64,000 bases of DNA from Octopus vulgaris (GCA_951406725.2 OX597814.1:27962001-28026000); one strand, 5' to 3'. Shown: positions 43,645 to 57,666, counted from the first letter of the stretch. Program-made: numbers and translations. The notes: generated by a model not told the origin, from the sequence alone.

Positions 43645-44245
43645 TGGTAAGAAACTTGCTTCTTAACCACATGTTCCACGTTCAGTCCCACTGCTTGGTA
43701 CCTTGAGCAAGTGTCTTCTACTTTAGCCTCGGGCCGACCAAAGCCTCGTGAGTGGACTTGGTTGACGGAAAACTTTACACAGCAGACGTCGACTGGTCGT
43801 TCTCTTTTCCACCTCCAGCCGTTGAGCACGGCCGGCATTTCCCCTTCCATGTCGGCAATCTCTGATGGGTGTATGTTATATAACCGGCTTCTTGCCTAAC
43901 ATCCCATTATATAATTTCATGCGAAACCGATTAAGACCAGCTGTGATGGATAATTAACACTATTAAATTAAGACAATATATATATATATGTATGTGTGTG
44001 TATGTATGTAAATATATATCTATGTGTATATCTTTGTGTCTGAGTTTGATCACCATCCCTCCATTACCATTCAACAACCGGTGTTGGTATGTTTACGTCC
44101 CTGTAACTTAGCAGTTCGGCAAAACAAACCGATAGAATTAGTACTACGCGTAAAAGAATTAGTCATGGGGTCGATTTCTTCGTCTAAAACCCTTCAAGGC
44201 GGTGCTCCAGCATGGCAGCAAACAAATGACTGAAACAAGTAAAAG
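43645..44245 (+). mobile_element. SINE family A interrupted by a ~200-bp insert
   Basis: Head 43645-43773, foreign 43774-43975, tail part 44030-44245. Confidence 0.78.
43859..43936 (+). ncRNA. Degenerate hammerhead motif
   Basis: TCT CTGATGG GTGT..TTATATAA..TTATATAA..ATGC GAAA CCGAT TA AGA; 40 nt upstream of (TA)n. Confidence 0.42.
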
Positions 44246-44303
<58 letters not shown>

Positions 44304-44433
44304 ATTAAAGGTAGGGTAACTTTTTATTTTTCATTCTTTCAGAATTACAACTATTAGTAGTTTGTAGTTTAACTGCTCTTTCTAGTAAGTCAGATGTCCT
44401 ATTATGGTAATCGCTTATGTGTTTAAATGTACA

Positions 44434-44436
<3 letters not shown>

Positions 44437-44477
<41 letters not shown>

Positions 44478-44800
44478 TTATATACATATACATACATACA
44501 TACATACATACATACATACATACATACATACATACATACATACATACATACATACATACATACATACATGCATACATACATACATACATACATACATACA
44601 TACATACATACATACATACATACATACATGCATACATACATGCATGCATACATACATACATACATACATACATACATACATACATACATGCATACATACA
44701 TGCATGCATGCATACATACATACATGCATACATACATACATGCATACATACATACATACATACATACATACATACATACATACATACATACATACATACA
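44437..44800. repeat. (TA)n-(CATA)n microsatellite
   Basis: Direct repeats. Confidence 0.95.
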
Positions 44801-45620
44801 CGCACACGCACGCGCACATTCTTCCATCCACCTACTAACGGCAAGGGGTTTTCCCTCCTGCGTCATTTCTGCGAATCGTTTGAATAATGTAGTTTAATCA
44901 TTAAAATCGCTTAACCGTACTTATCTCTGGCTGCTTTCAATAATGTGATGGAATTCCAGATTTCCGTTGACTATTTTTAATCTTTACGTAAAACATCCCT
45001 CGCAGAATTATATTTACTTCGATTTATTTATTTTCATTTTATACTCTTATATTATTATTATTATTATTATTATTATCATTTTTCTTTTTATTATCGTTTC
45101 TTATTTCCGCTCTCTCTCTTCAGGCGTTATTTTACGTTCAGACTTGACGGATAAACCATCTGATTGATGTTTATAATGTAGCTAACAATATTTTATGAAA
45201 AGAATGAACAAGCACTATATGAAAAAAAAAAAAAAAAAGAGCAGCGTACGGCTACAGACACTAACACATACATAGGAGACATTCAAATATATACACACAT
45301 ACACACATATATACACGTGTGTATATACTCATTCATCTGTTGATGTACGTTCACATGCGCAAACCCCCACACAGATAAATTTATGTATGTATGTATGTAT
45401 GTATGTATGTATGTATGTATGTATGTATGTATGTATGCATGCATGTATGTATGTATGCATGTATGTATGTATGTATGTATGTATGTATGCATGTATGTAT
45501 GTATGTATGTATGCTTAATATACATATGTGTGTGTCTATAGTTACAAATACATACACATGCATATACATACACACACACACGTATAAAGAGAAATAGATA
45601 TAGATATACTTATATTTTAT

Positions 45621-45668
<48 letters not shown>

Positions 45669-46492
45669 ACACACACATATATATGTTTGTTTACGTTCAT
45701 CGTAATTTGAATTTTATATATATATATGTATTTATATATGTATATATGTGTATATATATATATAATATATACATATATACATACATATAGGCATACATAT
45801 ATACATACATACATACAAACACGCACACACATAAGTGCGTGTATGCGTTCGTGTATATGTATGTGTATGTATGCGCCTGAGCATATTTTTAGTAAATCGA
45901 TACACAGATGAAATGTTTCAATATAATTTAGATATGGAATTACATCGCAGATATGTAGGTTGGTAAGTTGGTAGTTAAGTGGTTAAGACTAGTAAGGAGT
46001 GGGGATAGCTTGTAAAGTGGTTAAGAGTGAAATGTCGGCAAAATCAATTTGGTAATAAATCAAGCATATAGCATAGATACAATAATTTAACACTCAAATA
46101 ATGCTTAAGTGTAAGCTTAAATTATATGCCATTTAATTGTATGCCATCATAAGATTAAGTAACAATGTCTGTGTATAATGGATTGGAATAGCATTGTTTG
46201 TTTATATATATAATGTTCAATAACTGTCTTAGTGGTACTGTCTGCACAATACATCTTCTTAATACAATGGGGGGGGTCTCGATATACGGACAGAATAGTT
46301 CGTTGACCAAATTGTTCGTTACAAGAGTAGTTGGAAAACAGAAATTAAAGTAATCCGTTCCAAGCAACACCCAAACTCCAGATAAAGGTCTGAAGTGATG
46401 TTTGGCCATCTATCAATAGCAAAAACATGTTTTTTTTATAAAGGGTGCTCCGGTTAAATTTGACAGTTTGCATGAAACGAAGAAAACACATG

Positions 46493-46750
46493 TGGAGGCG
46501 CAATGGCCCAGTGGTTAGGGCAGCGGACTCGCGGTCGTAAGAACTTGGTTTCGATTCCCAGATCGGGCATTGTGAGTGTTTATCGAGCAAAAACACCTAA
46601 GCTCCACGAGGCTTCGGCGGGGTGAACCCCGCTGTACTCTTTCACCACAACTTCCTCTCACTCTTTCTTCCTACTTCTGTCACAAAGCACAGGAACCATG
46701 GTGTAACCCACTGTGGTGTGGTAAATTTCAGACCCTAGTCTATATTGCGA
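46493..46750 (+). mobile_element. SINE family C head with an alternative 3' end
   Basis: 18-bp TSD AAACGAAGAAAACACATG at 46475-46492 and 46751-46768. Confidence 0.82.
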
Positions 46751-46808
46751 AAACGAAGAAAACACATGCAAAGGTAAAAATACTTCTAAAGAATCAGAAC
46801 ATCAGTTG

Positions 46809-47033
46809 CAGGGGTGGGCGAACTTTTTTGATCGCGGGCCGCACAGTGCGTCTTTGGAACCTTGGCGGGCCTCATTTATAAAAATCAAGTGAAAATATTT
46901 TAAAAAGCGGTTATAGACCTATAAACACACAATTGATTGAAAGGAAATTTTGTGAAATATTCCTCTCGGCGGGCCGCATGAAAACCTATGGAGGGCCGCA
47001 TGCGGCCCGCGGGCCGTACTTTGCCCACCCCTG
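46809..47033. mobile_element. hAT (Charlie-type) MITE
   Basis: TIR CAGGGGTGGGC/GCCCACCCCTG, subterminal GCGGGCCGC repeats; no clean 8-bp TSD. Confidence 0.75.
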
Positions 47034-47069
47034 AGTTAGATTATGTCTGAGAGGTAAAAATTTGTTCAA

Positions 47070-47450
47070 AGTAGTCGCTCCCAGCTTCCAACACTACTTC
47101 AAGAGCGCCCCGAAACCTGGCGCATGCGTTTCCTCACTGTGATCCTGGGAAGATCTTCGAACACCTCTTTGATCTTGGCCACCAGTTCGACAGGCAGAGC
47201 TGTTAGTGACGTTCTCAACTGCATCCCCATAGTAACCTAAGGGATTACAATCTTGGGAATCAGGAAGCAAGGAATTGGGACTGGTAAAATCGTAGAAATT
47301 CTCCAATAAATGCTTCTGACTCTTTCTGGAGATGTGGCGAGGAGCTAAATCCTGCTGCCACACTTATGGCCTTCCAACACCAATCCTTTTCGACCAGAGT
47401 TTAACCACAGTCTCCAGCAGCTTCACAGAGCCATCTGAATTGAGCCTAAT
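47070..47450 (-). pseudogene. maT (DD37D) transposase fragment
   Basis: WQQD-37 aa-(D>G)YY: QQDLAPRH...SPNSLLPDSQDCNPLGYY. Confidence 0.75.
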
Positions 47451-47521
47451 GAACAATAATCAAACGTTGGCATTCATTACTCGAAATCATGTTGTAGCCG
47501 TCATATATGTAGATGTGTCAT

Positions 47522-48013
47522 AGGAGGGCGGCGAGCTGGCAGAGTCGTTAGCACGCCGAGCGAAATGCTTAGCGGTATTTCGTCTGTCGTCTGTAGGAAG
47601 GCGGCAAGCTGGCAGAAACGTTAGCACGCCGAGCGAAATGCTTAGCGGTATTTCGTCTGTCGTTACGTTCTGAGTTCAAATTCCGCCGAGGTCGACTTTG
47701 CCTTTCATCCTTTCGGGGTCGATAAATTAAGTACCAGTTACGCACTGGGGTCGATGTAATCGACTTAATACCTATGTCTGTCCTTGTTTGTTCCCTCTGT
47801 GTTTAGCCCCTTGTGGGTAATAAAGAAATAGGTATTTCGTCTGTCGTTACGTTGTGAGTTCAAATTCCGCCAAGGTCGACTTTGCCTTTCATCCTTTCGG
47901 GGTCGATAAATTAAGTACCAGTTAGGCACTGGGGTCGATGTAATCGACTTAATACCTATGTCTGTCCTTGTTTGTCCCCTCTATGTTTAGCCCCTTGTGG
48001 GTAGTAAAGAAAT
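47522..48013 (+). mobile_element. SINE family B with duplicated head and two 184-bp units
   Basis: TSD ATATATGTAGATGTGT at 47503-47518 and 48014-48029. Confidence 0.9.
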
Positions 48014-48212
48014 ATATATGTAGATGTGTGTGTGAGTGTGCGTGTGTGTGTGTGTGTGCTTGCTCTAGCTTGTGGGCTACACTTTTCGAGCTTGGCGGCA
48101 CATTTTTTTTTAAAGGAAATACCATAAGCGTGCTAATTTTTTAGTTCTATATTTGTTTATTTAACTTTTGTATATTTTTGTGATGATCATTGCGAACCAT
48201 CTCAACTGTTAG

Positions 48213-48348
<136 letters not shown>

Positions 48349-48350
48349 AA

Positions 48351-48381
<31 letters not shown>

Positions 48382-48394
48382 TTCTGTCTGTCTT

Positions 48395-48457
<63 letters not shown>

Positions 48458-48595
48458 GCCTGCCTGGAAGTTAAAAGTTATGGCCGATCGTAGAGTGACC
48501 ATTGCTTTCGCACCTAAAAAGCGCTAAGCAGTATAGTTCACGCTATCATCGGCCATGTGCTTTCTCTATCGGATATATGAACTACCAACGAATCG

Positions 48596-48638
<43 letters not shown>

Positions 48639-48766
48639 CGGGAAGCTTTATGAAAATAGACAAAAGACGAAGGCAGGTTTACGGAAATAAACAAAAGACG
48701 AAGGCAGGTGGAATACAAACAAACAATTGTATTAGTATGGCGCTCAGGAAATATAAATAAAACAAG

Positions 48767-48804
48767 TCTTTAACGTTTCGAGCCTACGCTCTTCAACAGA
48801 AAGA
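48767..48804 (-). ncRNA. Hammerhead-like motif with CUGUUGA core
   Basis: Minus strand: TCTTT CTGTTGA a GAGC gtag GCTC GAAA CG TT AAAGA; perfect stems I and II, palindromic ACGT; inside a 48637-48843 insert bounded by (TA)n. Confidence 0.58.
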
Positions 48805-48874
48805 TACACAGAGAAAAAACACAGAAAGAAGGAGAGAAAAAAATATGCATATATATATATATATACACAGACAT

Positions 48875-48934
<60 letters not shown>

Positions 48935-48979
48935 ACAAACACACACACACGCGCGCACACACACACATACACACACACA

Positions 48980-50219
48980 CAGGGGCATGACAGAAGTAAA
49001 TACACACCCCGTAAAACATCGTTTTATGTTTATTGTAACTTGCAAAGGTTTATATCTTTTTATTTATTGACATTTTTATGTTTCATGTTCTATATGTGAC
49101 CGTTTAATCATGCCATGTACAAAGGAAGCCTTAGAACTGTCCAAATTTCAAAGAGGCCATATTGTGGGTCGTTCTGAAGGTGAACAGAAAAATCGCAGAA
49201 AACCTTGGGATCTCGTTTTCTACAGTTCACCAGCGAGTAAAAGAAGTCCACATCACCTCGCCCATATCAACCAGGTCCCTCTAATAGGGCCCTTCTCGTT
49301 GTTAAGAGAAGGGTGGAGGATAATCCTCATTGCAAGGCTTTTGATGTAGCAGAACAAGTTGATGTCAGTCCCAGAACAGCTGTCAGGTATCTCCACAAAC
49401 TTGGTTACTTCGGCAAAGCAACAAAAAGAAAGCCACTTCTTCGACCAGCCAACATCAAGCGGAGAAAAGATTGGGCCAGTGAGATGGTGGAGAGTCCGCT
49501 AACATTTTGGGACACTGTCATATTATCTGGGGTGAGTTCAGATTTGCTGCATTTCCTGACAGTTGTCGAGTGTGGGTCTGGAGACTCTGTGATCAGGAAT
49601 TCGATGTGAAAAGATTGCAACCAACAATGAAACATCACAGCTATTCTATGATGGTCTAGGGGGCAATTTGGAACAGTGGTTGATGAGAGCTGGTGGAATA
49701 TGATGAAGCATAAACTCAGATAAATATGTGTCCATATTACAGAAATGATTCCTTCCAATCTTCTATAGTGATGAAATGATTAAAGAAGACTCTTTATTTA
49801 TGGAGGATGGGGTTCTTAGTCACACGGCTAAAATGACCCAAGATTTGTTGGAGGAGAATGGGGTTCTTAGTCACACGGCTAAAATGACCCAAGATTTGTT
49901 GGAGGAGAATGGCATTAAAAAGCTTCCAGATATGAAACCTATTGAACACCTCTGGGACATAATGGACAGGACACTTCTTAAAAAGAACAAGAAAGTATCT
50001 TCAAAGCCAGCATGAACCTTGACAAGAAATTCCCCAAGAGAATATTCGTCTTCTGGTCAGTAACATGCCTAATAGGGCCCTTGCATTGAAAATTGCGAAG
50101 GGAATGTCTACTAAATATTAGATATTCAGATTATAACAATTAATAAATAATTTGAATGTATAATTTCAGATTTAAATAAGTTTTAATGATTATAAGGGCG
50201 TCTATTTACTTCTGTCATG
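48980..50219 (+). mobile_element. Tc1-like transposon, decayed
   Basis: TIR CATGACAGAAGTAAATA(C/G)AC at both ends; LSKFQRGHIVG, VSPRTAVRYL, KPLLRP, FMEDG..HTAK, PDMKPIEHLW; 51-bp tandem duplication at 49809-49910. Confidence 0.88.
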
Positions 50220-50537
50220 TGTGCGTGCACGCGTGCACAACGGTGCGTATAAATATTATTACAATACAATAATATTATTTTCCAGCGAAGTAAAGCACCG
50301 TAAAGGTAGAATTATAAATGCTATTTCCAGCAAAAATTGGTACCTTGTTGTGCCACTGTTTCCTATATATATATATATATATACATATATATATACTCTT
50401 TACTCTTTACTCTTTTACTTGTTTCAGTCATTTGACTGCTGCCATGCTGGAGCACCGCCTTTAGTCGAGCAAATCGACCCCGGGACATATTCTTTGTAAG
50501 CCCAGTACTTATTCTATCGGTCTCTTTTGCCGAACCG

Positions 50538-50595
<58 letters not shown>

Positions 50596-50824
50596 ATGTA
50601 TATGTGTATATATGTGTATATGTGTATATATATATGTATGTTTGTGTATATATATATATATTGTGAAATCCAATATGCATATAACAGAGACTTATATTTT
50701 GTGGACCTAACCCAGCCTGGACATTATAATTCGGATTGAATGTTTTGGATACGTGGATGCGTTAAGTAATATTTAGATTATGTTTGTATGATTAATATAT
50801 TCATACGCAAATATTTTGTTTGTG

Positions 50825-50874
<50 letters not shown>

Positions 50875-51265
50875 AATATTTATAATTTGTACCTTGTTTC
50901 ATGAATTTTTGTTAAGTTGTTAAAACAATAATACTGTTGGTACTGTTAAAAGTGGTAGTATATATACATTAGAATGCATTTACTTGACTATATAAAGCAT
51001 GATATACCCAATGTAATGTAATATATTGTTCAATGTTGTTCTTTATGTATTTTGCGCATGTGAATAGTATGTACGCTTTGCCTATGTATGTATATGTATG
51101 TATATTTGCATATTTTTTATATGTATATATGTCTTTGTGTGTGTGTATATATATATATGTATTTTGGATATTTGTCTTATTATTTATTTATTTGTTTATA
51201 TTGGATAATAAGTGAAGCATGTTTTGTATATCAATATTATTATTATACTTTTCTAGTTAATTATA

Positions 51266-51397
51266 TCCTCTGACGAGGCCTTTGGTTATTTAAACATACA
51301 AGTATAATTTTTAATGACTAGAACCATAATACGCTGACATCTATAGGCAATATAAGTTGAATTGACTCTTGACCATAGGCTGAAACAGCTGTAAGGA
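51266..51397 (+). ncRNA. Type-I hammerhead ribozyme, canonical core, large loop II
   Basis: TCCT CTGACGA GGCCTTTGGTT-83 nt-GACCATAGGCT GAAA CAGCTG TA AGGA; GUA cleavage triplet. Confidence 0.72.
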
Positions 51398-51556
51398 GCA
51401 GTTTATTTGTATTATTTTTATTATTATATTACATATTGATGTATATTGTTTTGTTCGATTTTGATGTTCCCATTTGTATAATTAATAAATAATGTGAAAT
51501 TATAATATCCGTAAGTTGATGAACGAAATGAATTTGCTTCTTCATTTTCTTATTTG

Positions 51557-51613
<57 letters not shown>

Positions 51614-52396
51614 ATATATGTGTGTGTTTGTGTGTGTGTGCATATATATGTGTGTGTGTGTGTGTGTACAACGGGCTTCTTTCAGTTTTTGTCATCCAAA
51701 TCCTCTCACAAGAGATGTATTTTAGCCAATTCGCTGCCACAAAATATTATTCGAGAAAATCATATTATTAACACTCTTCTCAAACTATGCTCTATTTGTT
51801 GGGGACAAAACAACCAGTGATTTCAGGAAGACTTAGCTGTTGTTTATGATAGGCCGAGCAACAGTCTTCTTAGATAGTTTTGTAACAATGGAATTCCTTT
51901 GAGTAGTGACAGTGTTCGAGTAGGAAGTTTTTTCTTTTGAGTTTGTATGAATACAGAAAGTGATTGACAAGGTCGTAGCTATTTTTAGAATCTATTAAAA
52001 AAATTTTTTTTTTTGGACGGGTAAACATGAAAAACACAATTGTTAAACTTCCAAAGCAAATATAATTATCAGTAGCATTTTTAGTTAATCTTACGCATCA
52101 AAGTTCCTCTCCTTTATTTTTGAATACATTCCCATCCCAAATGCATTCATTTAAGTGCTATCGGCCCAGTTAGCGATATCAGTATATTCCAGTGATGTGT
52201 CTGGCAAGAAATCTAGAAAACTTCCTTTTTTTATTTTTTTTTTTCACCTACAACTTTCTTTAATCACGAACTATTGTGGAGATCAGGTAACAAACAACAG
52301 TGTTTAATTATAGTAACAGGCAGTTACACATTACTCACCTTACAATTTCCATCTTGCGTCAGTAGCCATTCAGTTGAATGCAAAAATCCATTACAC

Positions 52397-52444
<48 letters not shown>

Positions 52445-52446
52445 CA

Positions 52447-52520
<74 letters not shown>

Positions 52521-52522
<2 letters not shown>

Positions 52523-53918
52523 TTTTTTTTTTCTTCTTTCAAATTTTCTTCCATTTCTTGCCGAGTGTCTTCCCGACTCCTAGGGCAAAGAAACTCATAG
52601 TGTATATTGGTAGGCCATTAAACCAAACTCAGTGGTTCGTTCATTTTTTTTTTTTTTTTTTTTTTAAGTTAAATTAAAATACATGAGCAGCAACAGTTCT
52701 CACATCGACAATGCTCTTCTCAATACGTGTGATGTACCAGTTAAGACAATCTTTTGCACTTCTTGCAGGGATGGTAAGCCAGGGATCATTCTCATATAAT
52801 TTTCGGTTCCCTTCTTGATCATTCCTAGTGCTCCTACGATCACTGGTATTGTAACCGCCTTGAGATGCCACATTTTCTCAATTTCAATGAGTAGGTCTTT
52901 ATATTTTCTGAGCTTGTCAAACTCTTTCGCTGAGATATTATGATCACAGGGGATGCTCATGTCGATCAATAAGCAAACTTTATTGTTTTGGTCTTTCACA
53001 ACAATATCTGGTTTATTGGCCTTGATGGTTCGGTCTGTATGTACTGGAAAGTCCCACAGAATGGTTACATTTTCTCCTTCAGTTACAGCCTCAGGGTGGT
53101 GATTATACCACTTGTCGGCAGTTTTGATATTGTAATGCCGACTTATTAGCCAGTGGAGATATTGGCCAACTCTGTCATGTCTTAATTTATACTCCACTGG
53201 TGCTAAGACTTTACATCCAGAGATTAGGTGGTCCACTGTTTCAATCATGTCGTTGCAGAATCGGCATTTTGGGTCTGCTCCATTTTTCATCACATTGGCC
53301 TGGTAGTTCCGGGTTGATAGGCTTTGGTCTTGAGCAGCCAGGATGAAACCTTCGCTCTCTGCTTTTAGCCCTGAGCTCCGCAGCCACTGATGGGTTTGCT
53401 TCTGGTCAACATCAGCTTGTTTGCTGCGGGTCACATATTTGCCGTGCAGAGGTTTCTCCTCCCACCTATCAGCCAATTGCTCGTGCGCTTTTTTCATTGC
53501 CATCATTTTCACCTTCTTTGCAACAATAGTTGCCGTACTTCCCTCGGGTTGTTCAGTTTGGGTATCCTGCACGAGATCAATAGCAAATTTTTTGCTTTCC
53601 TTGATGATAGAATGAAGCTTCTTTCGTCTCTCGTGATTTTCCACGAGCTTTAGCATCCAGTCATTCGATATTTCGAGATATTTGGCCAGTCCAATTGTGG
53701 TTGTTTTGTAAGCTAGTTCAAATTGGATCAGGCCTCGACCTCCTTGGGCTCTGGGAAGGTAAAGGCGATCTACGTCTGCCTTTGGGTGGTGCATCCTATT
53801 ACAACTCAGCAGCTTGCGTATTTTTCTATCTATATTCTTTACTTCACTCATATTCCAGTTCAACACATTGTAGCTATAAGTAACAACTGGAACTGCTAAG
53901 GAATTTATAGCTAACACC

Positions 53919-53919
<1 letters not shown>
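52521..53919 (-). mobile_element. Dong/R4-clade LINE, 5'-truncated, young
   Basis: Flanked by (ATT)n at 52398-52520 and 53919-54073; uninterrupted ORF. Confidence 0.95.
52700..53917 (-). CDS. Dong/R4 ORF C-terminal half (RT thumb, CCHC knuckle, restriction-like endonuclease); no genuine start
   Basis: 405 aa: RLYLPRAQGGRGL, CRFC-x8-HLISGC, RHDRV, KPDIVV...IDMSIP...KYKDL. Confidence 0.9.
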   Translation of the reverse strand: MLAINSLAVPVVTYSYNVLNWNMSEVKNIDRKIRKLLSCNRMHHPKADVDRLYLPRAQGGRGLIQFELAYKTTTIGLAKYLEISNDWMLKLVENHERRKKLHSIIKESKKFAIDLVQDTQTEQPEGSTATIVAKKVKMMAMKKAHEQLADRWEEKPLHGKYVTRSKQADVDQKQTHQWLRSSGLKAESEGFILAAQDQSLSTRNYQANVMKNGADPKCRFCNDMIETVDHLISGCKVLAPVEYKLRHDRVGQYLHWLISRHYNIKTADKWYNHHPEAVTEGENVTILWDFPVHTDRTIKANKPDIVVKDQNNKVCLLIDMSIPCDHNISAKEFDKLRKYKDLLIEIEKMWHLKAVTIPVIVGALGMIKKGTENYMRMIPGLPSLQEVQKIVLTGTSHVLRRALSM

Positions 53920-53988
<69 letters not shown>

Positions 53989-54002
53989 CATTATTATTGT
54001 TA

Positions 54003-54073
<71 letters not shown>

Positions 54074-54187
54074 GAGTGAGAGAGCAGTTCATGCCATCAA
54101 AGTGACACTGGGGTAAAATATACGAAGCCCAATATACCCATCATGACTACCCGTCTGATAAGGGTACACCAGGCACTATTATTATTA

Positions 54188-54281
<94 letters not shown>

Positions 54282-54282
54282 C

Positions 54283-56699
54283 ATATGTTTGACTTTTGCT
54301 TTGTATTTGTACAAGTTGACTCCAAGTCTAACCCAGAGATCTCTCAAGAGACAAGTTAGAATTTCAAGCTGGTGTTATGCCTATGGTGTCATATATTTGA
54401 TTTTGCACAAAGTATTGTTTTAGAGAATCTTTAAGAAAAAAAAAAAAGAAAAGAAGTTTGTTTTAAAATTTGAAATTACATAGAAAGTATTTTACGTAGA
54501 ATATCGGCAGTTCCCAAGTGCACTATCTTTTGAATTTCTGTCATTTTGTGGTTTCCTGGTATCTGGGCTAGGTAGGAATCAGCCCCTTTTTGCTATCATT
54601 CTTATGACAACAGGTATTGTTTTAGTCTTGAGATTCCACATTTTGCCAATTTCTATTTCAAGATTTTTAAACTTGTTCAGTTTTTTGGTAGGTCTGGACA
54701 GATACATTTATGTCGATTGGGATAGTCATATCAATGAGGAGGCATGATTTTTGTCTGAAGTCCTTCAGTATAATGTCTGGCCTATTCGCAACTATCTTTC
54801 TGTCAGTTTGAGCGGCGAAGTTCCAGAGGAGTTAGATTTGGTCATTTTGAAGCTCTGGAGGTGGTTTGTGTTCCCACCAGTTTTTATTATGGGGCATGTC
54901 CAAGTTTTTGCAAATAACCCAGTGAATATATTGTGCTGCTCTATCATGTCTGTTGAGATATCTGTTGGTGCAAAAAGACTACACATGGAGACAACATGAT
55001 CAATAGTTTCATTTTGTTGTTTACATACACGACATGTTGGGCTACTGCCATTCTTTAATATGTTGGCCTGGTAGTTTCTTGTAGGCAAGTATTGATCTTG
55101 GTTGCTATGATAAACCCTTCTGTTTCTAATTTTAAAACCAGAAGACACTAACCATTGATGGGCAATGGCTTTGTCAACATCGGCATTATCAGCTCTCTTT
55201 GGGTAGTTGCTATTGAGAGGATTTTCTTGCTATTTAACAGTAAGAATATCTAAGGTAGCAATTCTAGCCCGGGTTTTCATACGCTTAACTTTTTCTGTGC
55301 TTGTTTCCAGTACGTCTAATTCTGGGATTTGTTGTATTTGGAATACTCTTAGATATTCCTTAGCCTGTTTTGTTGCTGAGTATGATGCTTTCTTGTTTTC
55401 GTGCTTTAAGACAAGTTTTAACATCCAGTCATCAGAGTTTATCAGGTAGGTGTTTAGGCCAATTGTGGCAATCTTCATTGTTAATTCTAGTTGTAAAAGT
55501 CTACGGCCACCCTTTTTCCTTGGCTGGTAAAGTCGTTCTATATCTGCCTTAGGGTGGTGCATTCTATGCATTGTCAACAATTTTCGTATTTTTCTGTCAA
55601 GACTACATATTTCAGTAATTGACCAGTTAATGATATTGAAACTGTAAGTCACGACCGGTATGGCTAAAGTATCGATCGCTTCGATCCTGTTTCCTGTTTT
55701 CAACTCTGTCTTGAGTATTGCCTTTACCCTGCGATAACATTCATTTCTGATCCTTTACCTCATCATTGAATGTTTGACTCCATCACCTTCAAATACCCCT
55801 AGGTGTTTGTAGCTCTCCGCTGATTCTAACTGCTTATGACATTCTTTTGGTCAAGATTAACGTTGGATGTTTCTATCATTTTTGCTTTGATAAAGGTAGC
55901 TTTTGCACATTTATCAAGGCCAAATAGCAGCCTGATGTCATCACTGAACTGTTTAATAATTGCTAGTAAGCCCTGTAGTTGTTGGTAATTTTTTGCAAAG
56001 AGCTTTAATTCATCCATGTAGCCATATTTTTATCAAACATTTTATAGCCATATTGTACATCATCAAGCAATTTTGAGAGGAGTATAAAGGCTAGACAAAA
56101 GAGGAGTGGTGATAGAGAGTCACCCTGGAAAATGCCACATGAAATCTCCACATCTCCAGCATTGAGTGATTCATTGTTACTGTTCAAAGTCAGTGTGTTT
56201 CTCCATGATTTCATACTTACAGACAAGGAGTTTCGCAGCGTAGGTGCTATTTTATACATTTCCAGACATTTCTTAATCCAGCTATGTGGTAGACTATTAA
56301 AAGCTTTTTTATAGTCTATCCAGGCTATCGACAAGTTTTTGTGTCGTTTGTGACAATCTTCCAAGTTCATCTTATTGACGAGTAGCTGATCTTTACAACC
56401 ATAGGACCCACGTTTACATCCTTTTTGCTCATTAGGGAATATGCCACTTTCTATTAAAAAATTGTAGATATATATAGTCAAGACAGATGTTAGTATTTCG
56501 TACATTGTTGTTAAGGTGGTTGTGGGTCTTTTGGTTCATTTGTTTCTTTATTTTTTGGAAGTATGAAGGTAACACTATTAACTAGCCAAGGTTGTTGCAA
56601 AACATTGTTATAAAGTTTTGTTAGCAGTTCACGACTCTCAGAAATTAGGAATTTTATCCTTTCCTGGAGACTTCCATTTGCTTGACTACCTGAGAGCAG

Positions 56700-56700
<1 letters not shown>
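54283..56700 (-). mobile_element. Dong/R4-clade LINE, decayed, retaining the RT core
   Basis: EQKGC, WIDYKKAFNSLPH, GIFQGDSLSPLLFC, MDELKLFA, CRVC..ETIDHVVSMC; several frameshifts; (ATT)n on both sides. Confidence 0.92.
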
Positions 56701-57044
<344 letters not shown>

Positions 57045-57340
57045 TATGAAAAACTCACAGCTTATTTTGCTGGGTATGATGGAAAGTGTCAGCAGTCTAC
57101 AGCCAGCAGACTAACGTGACTAACGTGACACTTGTTTACTGGTTATGCTTCAAGAACCCTGAGAAGAATTCTTGTAGTTCTAATCAATGCTGATTTTTGT
57201 AGGTGTTCTACCTTCACACTTGCACCAATCTTTATTTTTAGTCATGTTGATACTTCCCAGTGCACCAATTACTATTGGTATCACGTCTACTCTCTCCATT
57301 GACCACAACCTTCGTTTTCCCCACTTCAAATCGTCATAGC
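57045..57340 (-). mobile_element. Dong/R4-like LINE 3' fragment (continues at 60424-60556)
   Basis: YDDLKW...LWSMERVDVIPIVIGALGSI; 3' end abuts the (ATT)n array. Confidence 0.8.
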
Positions 57341-57567
57341 TCTCTTTACTTGTTTCAGTCATGTGACTGAGGCCATGCTGGAGCACCGCCTTTAGTCGAG
57401 CAAATCGACTCCAGGACTTATTCTTTGGAAGCCTAGTACTTATTCTATCGGCCTCTTTTGCCGAACCGCTAAGTTACGAGGACGTAAACACATCAGTATC
57501 GGTTGCCAAGCGATGTTGGGGGACAAACAGACACACAAACATAGACACACACACACACACACACACA

Positions 57568-57665
<98 letters not shown>
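57341..57665 (-). mobile_element. SINE family A 3' half (5' half at 60265-60423)
   Basis: Tail and body up to the internal (CA)(TC)(TA) tract. Confidence 0.87.
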
Positions 57666-57666
<1 letters not shown>

